A stretch of DNA of 64,000 nt from Octopus sinensis (lineage: Eukaryota): contig NC_043007.1 of assembly GCF_006345805.1 (NCBI RefSeq), positions 51,150,001 to 51,214,000 on the forward strand, read 5' to 3'. Positions 12,850-25,809 of the stretch are shown here, piece by piece (position 1 is the stretch's first letter; each line of letters starts with the position of its first letter). The notes under the pieces were generated by a model. It saw only the letters and a list, made by a program, of their open reading frames with translations, made no database searches and was not told where the DNA came from. The translations under genes were made by a program, and so were the position numbers.

Positions 12850-13331
12850 ATATATATACGCACACGTATACACTTACATCTGTATACTTATACACACGCA
12901 TATATGATAATGGTAGGTTTTCGTAGTCTGAAAAAGACGGCTCTGCAATTTCTTGCAAAACAAACGGCACAAATGACTTGTTATAATGATCAAATGTTTA
13001 TGTTCAACATTACCTCACTCCTTCCATCAAATCGAAGTTGCTCTTGAAGTGCACGGTGTACCACACGTCAGGTGCTGAAGTGATACCGAGTAACGTGAGA
13101 GGAATTGAAACCATTATCTCGCTATCCTGAATGCAATACCCAAGTCATTAGATCATGATCCATCATACACGATATATATGGGTACATATGTGTATGTGTG
13201 TATGTGTGTGTGTGTGTGTGTGTTTGTGTGTCTGTATATATATATATATATATATACACATACACACACACGTATAAATACAAATATATGTGCGCGTGTG
13301 TATGTGCTCGCGCACGTGTATGTGTGGTTGT

Positions 13332-13500
13332 GAAGGCGCACAGGTTATTGGCTAGGGTGCTGCACTCATGATCGCAAGATCGTGAAACGAAATCTCTGAT
13401 CTGTAGGTGCTGGTCCGTAGGTTCTTGGGCAAAAACATTTCACTTCACGTTGCTCCAGTTCACTCAACTGTAAATGAGTACCAGTATAGTAGGTGAAGCC
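13332..13500 (+). mobile_element. tRNA-derived SINE, family S3 (CORE-like central domain), partial
   Basis: Shares TTCTTGRGCAA..CACTTYAYTTCACGTTGCTCCAGTTCACTCARCTGT with 21364-21696. Confidence 0.65.
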
Positions 13501-13899
13501 TAACATTCTCAAATTATTCGCAATCGCTGACATTTGACGTGTGACACACCGTACACTTCTATAGGAAATGTCGATCCGATGGAGGAAGTGGGCTAATGTA
13601 CAGCACAAAATTTATTCCCATAAGCAATCCATTTGTGCAGGTTGTTCAGCAAGGCGTATATATTCGCATACACATGGTGTCTATATTTTGTTAATACGCC
13701 AAATTTGTTGCGGGATAGCTTCTAGAGAAAGCTTCCTATATGATGCCGAGTATTAAAGAACACCCGAATGTCACAGAGCAGGCGAGACAACACCCCTCGG
13801 AAAACTGAGAATGGTTCATAACGATATTTCGCCGTTATTGTGCCTTGTTAATACCATGTACTTGGATCATCTGGAAAAGAAGTAATTCCCTGGTCTGTG

Positions 13900-14420
13900 A
13901 AGTGAATTGGTGTTCCATATATTCGGATCATCTTGATACGAAATTAGCTACTCTACATATATCTGATGACTAAGTTCTGTGAGCGAGTTTCTGGAGTTAC
14001 CTTCGGCGACTAGCACCTTACTGACCTGGTATGCGGACACTACCACCTTATCCAACAACTTGATCGAACAGCTCAAGGACGAACTGATCAAATAGCAAGA
14101 GGGATCAGCAAAGCTTTCCCTTCAAGTTAATTAGGAAAGGACCAGCTAATGCATGTAAGTGATGGACTGGACTCTCCCGCTCCATGACCCCGATATTGTG
14201 TAGCTTGTCAGCGCCTTCATCTACCTAGGCTCCACAGTCACCAACAGTGGAGACCTGACTCAGGAGATCAACCGCAGATATGGCTTGGGAAGTAGGATTA
14301 GGTACTCCCCATAGAAGTCCCTTTGGCATCAATGTTCTATCTCCAGTAATGGAGGCATTAGTGGAACTTATCGGTTCTACGAACGATGATGCTTCTGGGA
14401 TTGCTAGCCTTGGATGACCC
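13900..14420 (+). pseudogene. RTE-clade non-LTR retrotransposon RT remnant
   Basis: GVTFG..LTDL.YAD (frameshifted) and FIYLGSTVTNSGDLTQEINRR motifs. Confidence 0.7.
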
Positions 14421-14460
14421 CAGCTACATCACACAAGAGCATATATGTGTGTGTGTGCGT

Positions 14461-14526
<66 letters not shown>

Positions 14527-15019
14527 TATGTATGTACGTATGCAGCGACCAGTAATATATATTCAGTTACATTCCGATTTGAATCAAGATTGCATTTATT
14601 GTACTGGAAATTCGGAAAATTCAGATCACAGAAACAGCTAATCTGTACTTGATGGTACTTTAGTAAATTACTGATAAGGTGCGGGTTTGCGTATAGTCGC
14701 CTAGCCTCGTAGAAATACCAAATATCCTTTGAAACATTCATTTCAGCAATGTTAACAACGATATATGAACCGTCAATGATATATGACATTATGCTCAAAG
14801 ATTCCTTGCTTCAGAGTTGATCTCGGGGTAAAACAACATCACCAAATAATCAATTTATCAATTTGTGTCCCAAGATTCCTAATGTGAAATCGTGTGTTGA
14901 AACAGATATTGTTGTATTTTTTGATGATCATTTTTTTTTGCCGAATTAATACACGCCCTATATATTTGTTCTTCACTCGTTTATTACTGTTCTTTTTTGT
15001 TATTTTAACTCATGTCCAT

Positions 15020-15064
15020 TGTCAGGAGATCTTTCGTCACACATCTGCGACCTCTTCAGCGACA
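15020..15064 (-). ncRNA. Minimal HHR-like motif (left arm)
   Basis: TGTCg-CTGAAGA-g-GTCGCA-gatg-TGTGAC-GAAA-GATCT-C-c-TGACA; palindromic AGATCT stem III; one extra nucleotide before stem I. Confidence 0.55.
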
Positions 15065-15133
15065 CTTTTCGTTTTTGTGTGTCCTCTCTGAAAATGGAGA
15101 AAGTGGAACAAGAGAACACACGAAAATGAAAAG

Positions 15134-15178
15134 TGTCACTGAAGAGGTCACAGATGTGCGACGAAAGATTTCCTGACA
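15134..15178 (+). ncRNA. Minimal HHR-like motif (right arm)
   Basis: TGTCA-CTGAAGA-g-GTCACA-gatg-TGCGAC-GAAA-GATTTCC-TGACA; 5-bp stem I. Confidence 0.5.
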
Positions 15179-15749
15179 ATGAACATGACTTAATATAAGA
15201 TAAAAGAAAACAGAACAGTAATAAACGAGTGAAGAATAAATGTATAGTGTGTATGTTTATTTGGCAAAGAAATAATGACCATCCCGAAATACAACAATCC
15301 AAATAATCAATATTATATGTTGACCTATCGTCACACTGGATAATATAGTCCAAGGTTTGCAATGTTTAGTTCGACGAGCTGATCGGTAAGGATCGGAATA
15401 AAGCTAAACCAAAAGAATAGCAGCAGCAGCAACAACAACAACAACGACGACAAAACCACCAACAACAACTACAACAGCAATAGCATCAACAGCTATAAAA
15501 ACAACGAGAATAACAATAACAATGACAGTAACTGCAACAACAACAACGACGACTACAGCAACAACAACTGTCTTAGAGTATTTAGTTTCATTCTGTGTTG
15601 AAATATTGCAAGGTTTTCACTTTAACCGTCTGAGATCGATAAACTGAAAAACTATTGTTATTCTTGTTGTCGCACATCATCCCTTACCGTGTAAACTTTA
15701 TGGCATTCCAGTTTTGGCACTCTGTCTTACATTCAGACAAATTATATCT

Positions 15750-15900
15750 AGGTGTGGCATGGCTGTAGGATTAAGAAGTTCGCTTCTAAACTACATGATT
15801 TCAGGTTCTGTCCCACTGTGCAAGACTTGCCGTGTCTTTCTGTCAGATCCTTGAGTTGACCAAGTTCTTTTAAGTAAAATTTGGTAAATGGAAATTGTAT
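15750..15900 (+). mobile_element. SINE S2 head, decayed
   Basis: GGCATGGCTGTAGGATTAAGAAGTTCGCTTC..CATGATTTCAGGTTCTGTCCCACTG resembles the S2 head at 29990-30059. Confidence 0.6.
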
Positions 15901-16332
15901 GGAAATCGATCAGGTTAGCCATCCCTTTTGGGGTTTTCTTTTTACTATTTTGTAGCTTTAATCTATCTCTCGGTTCAACCGAGTCATCTAGCCCCTGGGT
16001 ACTTTTGTAGATTCTAATCTTTTGCAAGAATTAAAAATCATATCTCTGACTCCCTCACTTCGTTACTCCAATTCCGGGAGCCTGGAAAAGGATCATATTT
16101 TATACTCTTTCTCCTCTGAATCACTCATAAAAATAAGATGACACATCTAGTGATTCATTCCTTTTCAAGAGGGGTGGATGTGTTTAGAAGGAGATTTAGT
16201 TGTTATTTTGAAATAGACAACCGCAAATAAACTTCTTCATTAGTTCGATTATCAACAAGTATCATACAATCATTGTGTCAACGCTTCTCCAATGTTCAAT
16301 CATAAACGTTTGTAATAGAGGCACATGATGGA

Positions 16333-16481
16333 GGGGAAGTCGATTACATAAACCACAGTACTTGACTGGTTCTTTATTTTATCGATATAGGAAGAATGAC
16401 TTCGACGAGATTTGAAATCAGAACTTAATGGGCGCTCAGCATATTGTCTGACGCTCTGACGATTCTACCGGCTCGCCGCCC
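16333..16481 (-). mobile_element. SINE S1, decayed
   Basis: Ends in GATTCTACCGGCTCGCCGCC, the reverse complement of the S1 5' end. Confidence 0.65.
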
Positions 16482-17799
16482 TTCCGTGGTTAATCATCAT
16501 AACTACGTTATGGCTTTAGTTACACATTTTCTGAAAATTAATTAATTTCATCCATGATTGGACTTAAGATTACTAATTCTCATTATTTTACTTTTTTCTC
16601 CCTGTTGGGATAACAAATTAAGTTTAATCATTCTTAACTCTGATAGCTTCTTGCAGACTAATTCTTTAGTGTTTGTCAAGCCATTTTGGCGACGATAATT
16701 TCAGTTAATTCCCAACAGATTATTATTTTATTATAGCTCAGTCTCAAAAGATTTGAAATCCATCTGACCCACTCCCTTAAACCCCAGAAGTTTTATTTAA
16801 ACATATTACATTGAGAGTTGAAATCCCACCAGGGTGGACTTTTCCATTTCTACTTTTATGGTCGATAAACTAAGTATTGTATACAAGTTAATGAGGGAGC
16901 TTTATGTAGTCGCTGACTTGCAAGAAACAGCAGTCAAATATCCCTCAAAATCGCACCCCATTTCCTAAAGAAAAAAGAAAACAAAATATATTCCATCGTA
17001 TAGCTCTAGATATATTATCCGAACACGACAGGATAGTCGTGATTGGAAAACCTTTGAGCATAGGTCTGCACCTGGCGTTAAGCAATAGCTATTTAGTGAA
17101 ATTCTCGAAGAGGATTCCTTTATTGAAAGAATATCTTGTCAATTATTTGGCATTAATCAACAGTCATCTGGCAATATTCAATAGGTCAATATGTCTTTTG
17201 ACAAAAAAAGATTAAGAAATAAGAAAACATTAAACATGTCTTCTGAAGAGACTGAATACAGGACAAGTCAACATAAACTTGTTAATTTTACACAGTCTTA
17301 GAGTTGTTCATAAATTGAAGCAACCTATTAAAAGATAAATGTTTTTCTGAACTATGGCTGGGTGCAGTGAAGTGGCAGTCGAATTGTCCACTTCATACAG
17401 CATGTTTCATTTTTAATCGATTAACTCGATTATCCATTTATCTCTGGAACCAGTATAGTATACAGAATGGTGAAGAACCGAGTGAATTGAACATTACTAT
17501 GGTAAAAGTTGAAATGTCTTGTGTTAAATGCATCAGAACATAAATTAACATAGCGAAAACGAAGACAGCATGGTCGAATACAGAATGATTACAAGGTCGA
17601 ACTGAAAGCAGAGGAACAAAATGCTGCTTTGATTGGATTCTTAAAAACAAAATGTCATTTTTTAAAAAGATATCTCATTGCTTTATGTGAGTGTGCGTGG
17701 TTCGTTTCCCTTCACGGAATCAAATGTGCATTCTTTTCATTCTTAGGCCATAATTCTAAATGCTAAATTATATATATATACATACATAATACATAATAC

Positions 17800-17902
<103 letters not shown>

Positions 17903-18225
17903 ATATATGTTACATGCACACGCACACACTGAGCAGAGGTGTACACTCAGATACATATATCCAATGGTGAATATTACTCTTTATTTGTTGACGTTGTGAA
18001 ACCAGAGCTTAGCGCTTGGCCCTTGAATCCCTCTTGGGTGTAATAATGAAGAGCATGGATATGTATGTCTATACACACATATATATATATGTGTGTGTGT
18101 GTATAGACATACATAGAAACTAATTTAAACATACCTAATTTGAACATACATATTTCACATATACTTAAGGATTTAAAAAAATAAAATATGGTTTAATGTA
18201 TTGAACGTTGATAAAGTTATATAAA

Positions 18226-18320
18226 GGCCTGATGACTGGGGTGGCACCTTGAGAGAGGTTCCAGGGAAATACAGAATGGTTTAGGAACCCGAAGATGTAC
18301 CTCATGAAACACATGTTGCC
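18226..18320 (+). ncRNA. Type I HHR-like motif, antisense to the adjacent PLE RT
   Basis: GGC-CTGATGA-c-TGGGGT...ACCTCA-t-GAAAC-acat-GTT-GCC; only a 3-bp stem I; inner GGTTCC/GGAACC stem. Confidence 0.45.
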
Positions 18321-18329
18321 AAGTAATAA

Positions 18330-19330
18330 AACAGTAGGTATTTAAAATGGAGTAGAAATGTTCTTGCAGTATTTTGAAAAATAATTTAGCTTTCGGACTT
18401 GTATGTCGAAGTGGGGATTTAATCAGATGATTTTCCTTTTTCTGTTCTAAGATGCTTTAAAATTTATTGTGGGAGTTCGTTGTTTGGATTGCACTTTTTC
18501 CTTGTAACTGTTGCTATTAAGAGCTTTTTTATATGGAATTGTTATTTTATTTAGTATTTTTTGTCATTTGAAGATTAAGAGGTAAGTCTAAGAGAAATAG
18601 TTTGAACTAAGTTTTTTGATAACGTTTTTGGGGTGATGGGTTGTTTTTGTTTATACTAACTGTATTTCATTATTTTTACTGTAGGGATACTGTAGATACT
18701 GGGGTAACACCTAGGAAGGTGATTGACTTTAGTTGCGCTTCTACTATAACAGTTTTTAAAGAAGTAATGTCGTTCTTTCCTAAACCAACCTGTCTCTTTT
18801 GTGAGTTATAGTTTCCTGGTAGGTGCAGAACGTTGTTCTTACGTAGAGCACCTGAGATGGATGGAAATTTATTCCTTCTAAGAAGTAATGGCGGAAGATG
18901 TCGCTTACCTCAGGCGAGTCCTTTGATCCCATGCTTATATCAAATGGTTCTTTAATGTTTTTCTTAATATAGAAAGCATTGTTATGGAAAAGGAGTGATT
19001 TCTTTGTTTGTAATATTGTTACTATTTGTGTGTCGTTTACTGTGGTCATGGTTTTAGCGAATTTCAAGACAACCATAAGAATAAGTCTTGTTATTGACGC
19101 GTAATAATTAATCGCTGGTGTCAAACTGGAAGGAATAGCATTCATTGCTGTTTGGGATCTTCTTAAACCAAACAATTGCATCGTATGTGTTGCTCCAGTA
19201 GTTTCGATATTACCTTTATTTTTAGCGACAATTTGTCAAAGATTACTCCTTAATGATGCTTAAGTACGGTTTCGAAAGAGTTATAAATCTGACGGATGTG
19301 TAGCTATTGAAGTTTAGTTTGTGGTCTTTC
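18330..19330 (-). pseudogene. Penelope-like reverse transcriptase remnant
   Basis: WFKKI...FQFD, KKSLLF....YIKK...FDISMGS.D..EVSD (FDVTMGSYDGAEVCELVG motif), ITFLGVT and RKRKII*LNP (RKIIWFNPP) in successive frames. Confidence 0.85.
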
Positions 19331-20819
19331 ATAGTCATATATGGGCATTTTGGTATTAATGTGCCTACGCTATCATCTATTTTAAGTTGATATCATCCAG
19401 GGTGGCAAAAGTATACTTTCAAAGTAACCTGTCGTTTGACAACAATCTAGTATACGTACATAAAACATACATTTGTACGTCACTATCTATTAATCTCTCT
19501 CTCTTTCTCTCTTCTCTCGCTCTTTCTCCCTATATATATACAAATGGACATGCACAAATGCATACATACACATACATACACACACACACATATATATATA
19601 CACATACATATATATATATATGCATATGTATACATACATACATGCATGCATACATACATACATACATTCATAAATACATACATACATACATACAAACATG
19701 CATGCATACTATATTAATACCCGTTGTATGATGGGTTTCTTTGAAAGCATCCTTTTCCCACCGTGGGTAATATCATGAAGTATGGTCTACATACAATAAT
19801 TATAATTTACCTTTTGGTAAATTTCTTGGTGCATATACAGAATGATAAAATGAATGCTAATTTTCAATAGAAAACATTTATTAGCCTAAAATAAAATAAA
19901 CTGAAATAAATTGCTTAGTCTTGTAGGTCCACTCATCTTGCACCTCTTATGCTTACTCTCTTTCTATCTTTCTTTTACTCCCTCCTTCCCTTCTCTCCTA
20001 TGTAAAATGTGACTGTTATTAATCAGAGATATATAATGTGTACAGATTCACAGGGATAGAGCAGTAACCATGATGGGGATGGTGGAGGTGAGTAACGATG
20101 TGTGTTTTTCGTGAGAGTAGTAGTAAGAGGAAGATTTAGTCTAGGGTAGTGTGGCAGTAGGGGTAGGTAATGATGGCAGTTGTTATTGTGGATGGCCATC
20201 TTTCATTGATCAAACTTATAATTATAAGACGTTCCAACCGTGACCATACTCTCTTTGTACAAGCCTAGTGTACGTAGGACAACATTATACAATGCGTTCT
20301 ATGTTTTCAAAGAGGACTACATTACGGGCTCAGGCCAACGCTAGTAAAGCAAATATATAAGGCATGCCAGCCATGACTACCCTTTCATGGCAGGTGTCTT
20401 TTCAACATTGACAAACTGGTAATTCTTTTTAAGCTGGCAGGGTGTCATTTAGAATGGTTTGGCTGTTATTTCTAATACCTATATCGACCAAGAAGACATT
20501 CCATCGTAGCCACAGTAAAGGGTGGTAGTATGAGGATAGTAATTGTTGTTTGGGAGATATAGCCATCAGGGTGGTGATGGGGTATCACTTGTGATGGTGG
20601 TGGCAGTTTTTGGAGTGGGGGTAACAGTGGTGCAGTTGTGATAATTGTGATGGTGATTCTGGTAATCGTATGGAAAGAAAGAAAGAAAGAAAGAAGGAAA
20701 GAAAGAAAGAAAGGTGTTAGAAAATGATGGTAACGAATGGTGTGAACTCAGTAAAGTGAAGGAGCAATTAAATATGATTAGCTGCTCTTATAATCGAATC
20801 TTTCCTTCAACAATTACTG

Positions 20820-20887
<68 letters not shown>

Positions 20888-20901
20888 GACATCATCATTG
20901 A

Positions 20902-20937
<36 letters not shown>

Positions 20938-21100
20938 TGTCGTCGTTATCACCACCACTACCACCACCATCATCATCATCATCATCATCATCACCACCCC
21001 GCCGCCTCTATCATCATCATAATCATATTCACCATCATATCATCATCAACACATCATCACCAACATCATCACCATCAAAGTCATCATCAACAACATCATG
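20820..21100. repeat. (CAT)n / (CAC)n microsatellite
   Basis: Direct reading. Confidence 0.95.
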
Positions 21101-21290
21101 ATTGTCATTGCTACCATACTTACACGATAGTGCTTACACCAGACTTTTGATTCGGTTAATGTTTTCCATGTCAAGACAACACTTAACTCTTCAGATGTCT
21201 AATTTTTCTTTTCAGTATTTAAACACCATATTATAGCCATCAATTCATCCACCTTTCCATTTATGCATCAGCGTACACTCGTGCGTGTAT

Positions 21291-21336
<46 letters not shown>

Positions 21337-21363
21337 GTGTATTTGCGCATGTCTTTTTAAGCA

Positions 21364-21696
21364 GACACATGACTCAGTGGTTAGAGCATCGACCTTGCAA
21401 TCGTTAGGTTGTGAATTAAATTCCTAGGCCAGGTTGTGCGTTGTGTTCTTGAGCAAGATACTTTATTTCACGTTGTTCCATTTCACTCAGCTGTGGAAAT
21501 GAGTTGGGAATCATTTGTGTCAAGTTGTATCGGCCTTTGCCTTTCCCTTGAACAACATTAGTGGCGTGGAGAGGGGAGGCTGGTATGCATGGGCGACTGC
21601 TGGTCTTCTACAAACAAGCTTGCCCGGACTTGTCCCACTGAGCGGAACTGGGTACGGATCTAGTCATTCATGACCCAAGGGGGTCTTTACCCTTTT
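21364..21696 (+). mobile_element. tRNA-derived SINE S3, near full length
   Basis: A-box-like TGACTCAGTGG, CORE-like TTCTTGAGCAAGATACTT..CACTCAGCTGT..AATGAG, tail GGGGGTCTTTACCCTTT. Confidence 0.75.
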
Positions 21697-21759
21697 ATGC
21701 ATGTATATATATATACGAAATATTTAGAGGCTAGACGCAATTTAGAATATGCGTATGTG

Positions 21760-21792
<33 letters not shown>

Positions 21793-21805
21793 ATATTCTT
21801 TTTTA

Positions 21806-21954
21806 TTCTTTTACTTATTTCAGCCATTTTACTACGGCCATGCCGGAGCGCCGCCTTTAGTCGAACAATTTCGACCCCAGGACTTATTCTGTGTAACTCT
21901 AGTGTGTCAAGCGATGGTGGTGGAGACAAACACAGACACACACAAACACACACA

Positions 21955-21990
<36 letters not shown>

Positions 21991-22146
21991 ATATATATAT
22001 ATATGACGGGCTTCTTTCGGTTTCCGTCTACCACTCACAAGTCTTTGGTCGGCCCGAGGCTATAGTAAAAGACAGCTGTCCAAGGTGCCACGCAGAGAGG
22101 CCGAACCGGAATAATGTGGTTGAGAAGCAAGCTTATCACCACACAC
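21806..22146 (-). mobile_element. SINE S2 with internal (CA)/(TA) microsatellite
   Basis: Matches 29706-30059 (GACGGGCTTCTTTC.GTTTCCGTCTACC..CTCACAAG.CTTTGGTCGGCCCGAGGCTA). Confidence 0.85.
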
Positions 22147-22198
22147 ACACACACACACACATGTATATATGTATGTATATGTGTGTGTGTGAATAATT

Positions 22199-22485
22199 GA
22201 CTCCCATCGAAGAGGACGTATGAGTGTTCAGCTTTTGCCGAACGACCTGCACAAATGATTTGTTTCTAGTGATCGAATGTATGTGCTGTACATTAACTCA
22301 CCCCCCCCATCAAATCGACGATGTTTGAACATGTGTACGGGGTGCCACGCGTCAGGAGTCGAAATGATCTCAGAGCAACGTGAGATGAAGTGTCTTGCTC
22401 AAGAACGCAACACCTGGTTTAAGAATTGAAATCACGATCTCGCAATCTTATGTACAACACCCAAACCACTAGCCCATGTGTCCTC
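22199..22485 (-). mobile_element. SINE S3-related
   Basis: GAGCAACGTGAGATGAAGTGTCTTGCTCAAGAACGCAAC is the reverse complement of the S3 core. Confidence 0.7.
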
Positions 22486-23084
22486 ATGAGGATGCATGGC
22501 CTAATGGTTTTATATATATAATGGACGAATTGTACAAAATGTATAAATGGAAGATGAGTAAAGCACCGGGACAGTTTCAACTACCTGTATATAAATAAAA
22601 GTATACAGACATACAGACATACAGACTGATGGATAGATAGATATGTATATGTATGTATGTATGTATATATATATATATAATATATATATATATATATTAT
22701 ATATATATATATATACTTATTTATTTATATTTATATGTTTTAACCATCACACACGAGGAGTTATAGGCGAGCAATTTAAACTGATCGTGTGCATATGCGA
22801 ATATATTTGTATCTATACGTTCGTATATGTAAGTATTCGTATGTTATATGTATATATATATATAAGTGTGTTTATGTTACTATCTACGTTACTATTCCAC
22901 TGACGAGGCAAATAATTTCTTATGCAAAGTTAGAAATCCGGGATCTGGAATTATCCAGTAATTTTTGGGTATTTTATTTTGTCTTTTTGTTTTCTATCCT
23001 GGTGCTGTATGAACATTTTATGTGGTATTAGAGTCAGGTTCTGGCTGCTATTTCCAGCGTGGCGGTATCTCTTAGATACCCTAA

Positions 23085-23158
<74 letters not shown>

Positions 23159-24368
23159 TATATATATGTATAATATGTATATTTTTATATATGTATATAA
23201 GATTAGAAATATTGCATTTCTAAATTCCTCAGAGAGACTTATACAGTAGCAGCACGATAAACTGATATTTTGTTACCAACTTAATGTGGCAGTCCCAGGA
23301 AAGGGAAGAATGCTACTGCTATTTAGCCCCAGGAAACACAATTTCCAGTTGGGTATGTGACACAAGCGTTCTATGTCCTTAAGTTTTCAAACAGGGGATA
23401 TATATATATATATATATATATACATCAGCAACAGGATAGCAAGAAATGATGCAGTACGATCGTTTCAACCGACTCCATTTAATTGAACAATGAAATCATT
23501 ACTTCAGTTCAAATACAGGCCTATTATCAGCTGCACAAATAAATATAATTTTAATCAGTCAGACATATTAATATAATTTTACTCAAATACTTTAACAGAG
23601 CAAGAAAATGGAAGAAATCCATGTTGCCGTTATTGTAGCTAAGAATATACTACACTTCCAAGAAAGAAGCTTACTGGGGTCATAACTTGTAAAGGATTGT
23701 GGTTCATTTCTAATTTATTTGTCCTTATATATATATATATATATATATAAAGAGAGAGAGAGAGGGGGCAGAGAGAGAGAAAAACGCCCCCCGTCCAATG
23801 GACGGTGCTGAGTTGTCAGACATGTGAACCAAATTTTCTCATATTTACATGTATGTGAGTATATATACACATATACACGCACATACATAGATGCATATAT
23901 GTGTACGTATGTGTGTGTGTTTGTATGTATATATACACACATACACGGCTTTCTGTGAGTGTGGGTGTGTCTGTGTATGTCTTTATTATGTCTTCTAGAA
24001 GATGTGATGAGACGCCACTGCCCTCACCAATTCACTGTACACGAAGTGAACTGTTGACTTGAACTTTAGATAATCACTGGTCAAGTAATTTACCTTATCA
24101 TAGACCGCCTGCCAAATAAGAAAGAACTATACTCTCTGTTGTCTGTCTATGTTTCTGTCACTGTCTCTCTCTCTTTCCCTCCCCCTCTCTCTCCCTCTCT
24201 CTCCTCTCTCTTTCTCGCTCTCTCACACACACACATATATATATACACACACGCTCAAATATTAAGTTCGCTTATGATGCACTCTAAATACATACATTCT
24301 TAAATTCTGTGTCCGTCTTAGTATGTATACACCCACACACACACACACACACGCACATATATATATAT

Positions 24369-24416
<48 letters not shown>

Positions 24417-24505
24417 GTTGAGTTGTGGGGTATCGCACATCGTTTAAATTGCATTTTCAAACCTTTTTTCTTATATATATATATAATATATATATATATA
24501 ATATA

Positions 24506-24561
<56 letters not shown>

Positions 24562-24653
24562 GTATGTTTGTATGTGAGTTATATATATATATATATACAT
24601 ATATATACATACATACATACATACATACATACATACATACATACATACATTCA

Positions 24654-24687
<34 letters not shown>

Positions 24688-24694
24688 CATCCGC

Positions 24695-24935
24695 GATTGG
24701 GGTATCCGGCTCACGATCGTAAAGTCCCGTGGTCGATATCCGACGATACGTAGCGATGCACTTTATTTCGCATTACTCCAGTCCACTCTGCTGGCAAAAA
24801 TGAGTAGTACCTGTAATTCAAAGGGCCAGCCTTGTCACACTATATGTTAAGCTGAATCTTTTTAAAAACGACGTTAAGGGTACGCGTAGCTGTGGAGTTC
24901 TCAGCCACGTTAATTTCACGAGCAGATCAAATGGA
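24695..24935 (+). mobile_element. SINE S3-related, decayed
   Basis: CACTTTATTTCGCATTACTCCAGTCCACTCTGCTG..AAATGAGTA core. Confidence 0.55.
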
Positions 24936-25393
24936 TCCCGCGTCCTCATAAGCGACGGAGACCCTATCATATACGTACGAACATGGATGTGTTGTTTAGA
25001 AACCCGATTTTCAACCACTTGAATTCGGGTCCATGCCCATTGCGCAGCAACTTGGTTGACTATTGCCTGAAGCCGACCTATGAGCGGAATTTAGTAGACG
25101 GAAACTGTGTGAAGGGCCGCCGTGTGTGCGTGTGAACGAGCGAGCGTACGTGTGTGTGTGAGTGTTGTGTGTGTGTTGAAGATTGATTCATACTGCTTGA
25201 CAACCGGTATAATTTGTTAACGTACCGGTAACTTAGCTGTTCCACGAGAGAAAATCGATAGTACTACATTTAAAAAAATGTTAACCACTGGGACCGATTC
25301 ATTCAACTAGAACGAGACAAGTAAAAAGACAAAACATATCTTCAAAGAAAGAAGCACAGTTATGTATTTATATAAAATATATAGGTATCTGTA

Positions 25394-25458
<65 letters not shown>

Positions 25459-25504
25459 TGTATGTATGTATGTATGTATGTATGTATGTATGTATGTATG
25501 TATC

Positions 25505-25760
25505 TTTTATCTTTCACTTGTCTCAGTTATAAGACTGTGGCCATGCATTGGTACAGCCTTGAAGAATTAACCGACCCCAGGATTTGTATTTTAAGCCTGT
25601 TATCTATTCTATCAGTCTCTTTGCTAGACCGCTAAATTACGGGGACATAACCACACCCGATATCGGTTGTCAAGTGATGATGAAGGAAAACACACACACA
25701 AAGACACACACACACACATACACACACACACACACACACACAAAGAGACACACAGACACA
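25505..25760 (-). mobile_element. SINE S2, 3' half
   Basis: Matches 27616-27850. Confidence 0.75.
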
Positions 25761-25809
25761 CACATAAAAGCCTGTATTTTAAAAAACTTATTTATATATA
25801 TATATATAT

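Larger units (their letters stand above)
14908..15298. repeat. Fold-back element: about 180-190-bp inverted arms with a 23-bp spacer, each arm carrying an HHR-like motif
   Basis: 14908-15087 is the imperfect reverse complement of 15111-15298. Confidence 0.9.

Noticed and set aside
21134-21200. CTGAAGA-GTTAA..TTAAC-c-GAAT-C..GTC on the minus strand
   Set aside because: Core A15.1 mutated and stem I only 5/8; possibly a fossil HHR but not supportable alone.
22895-22945. CTGACGAGGC...GC on the plus strand
   Set aside because: No GAAA or stem III at the expected position.
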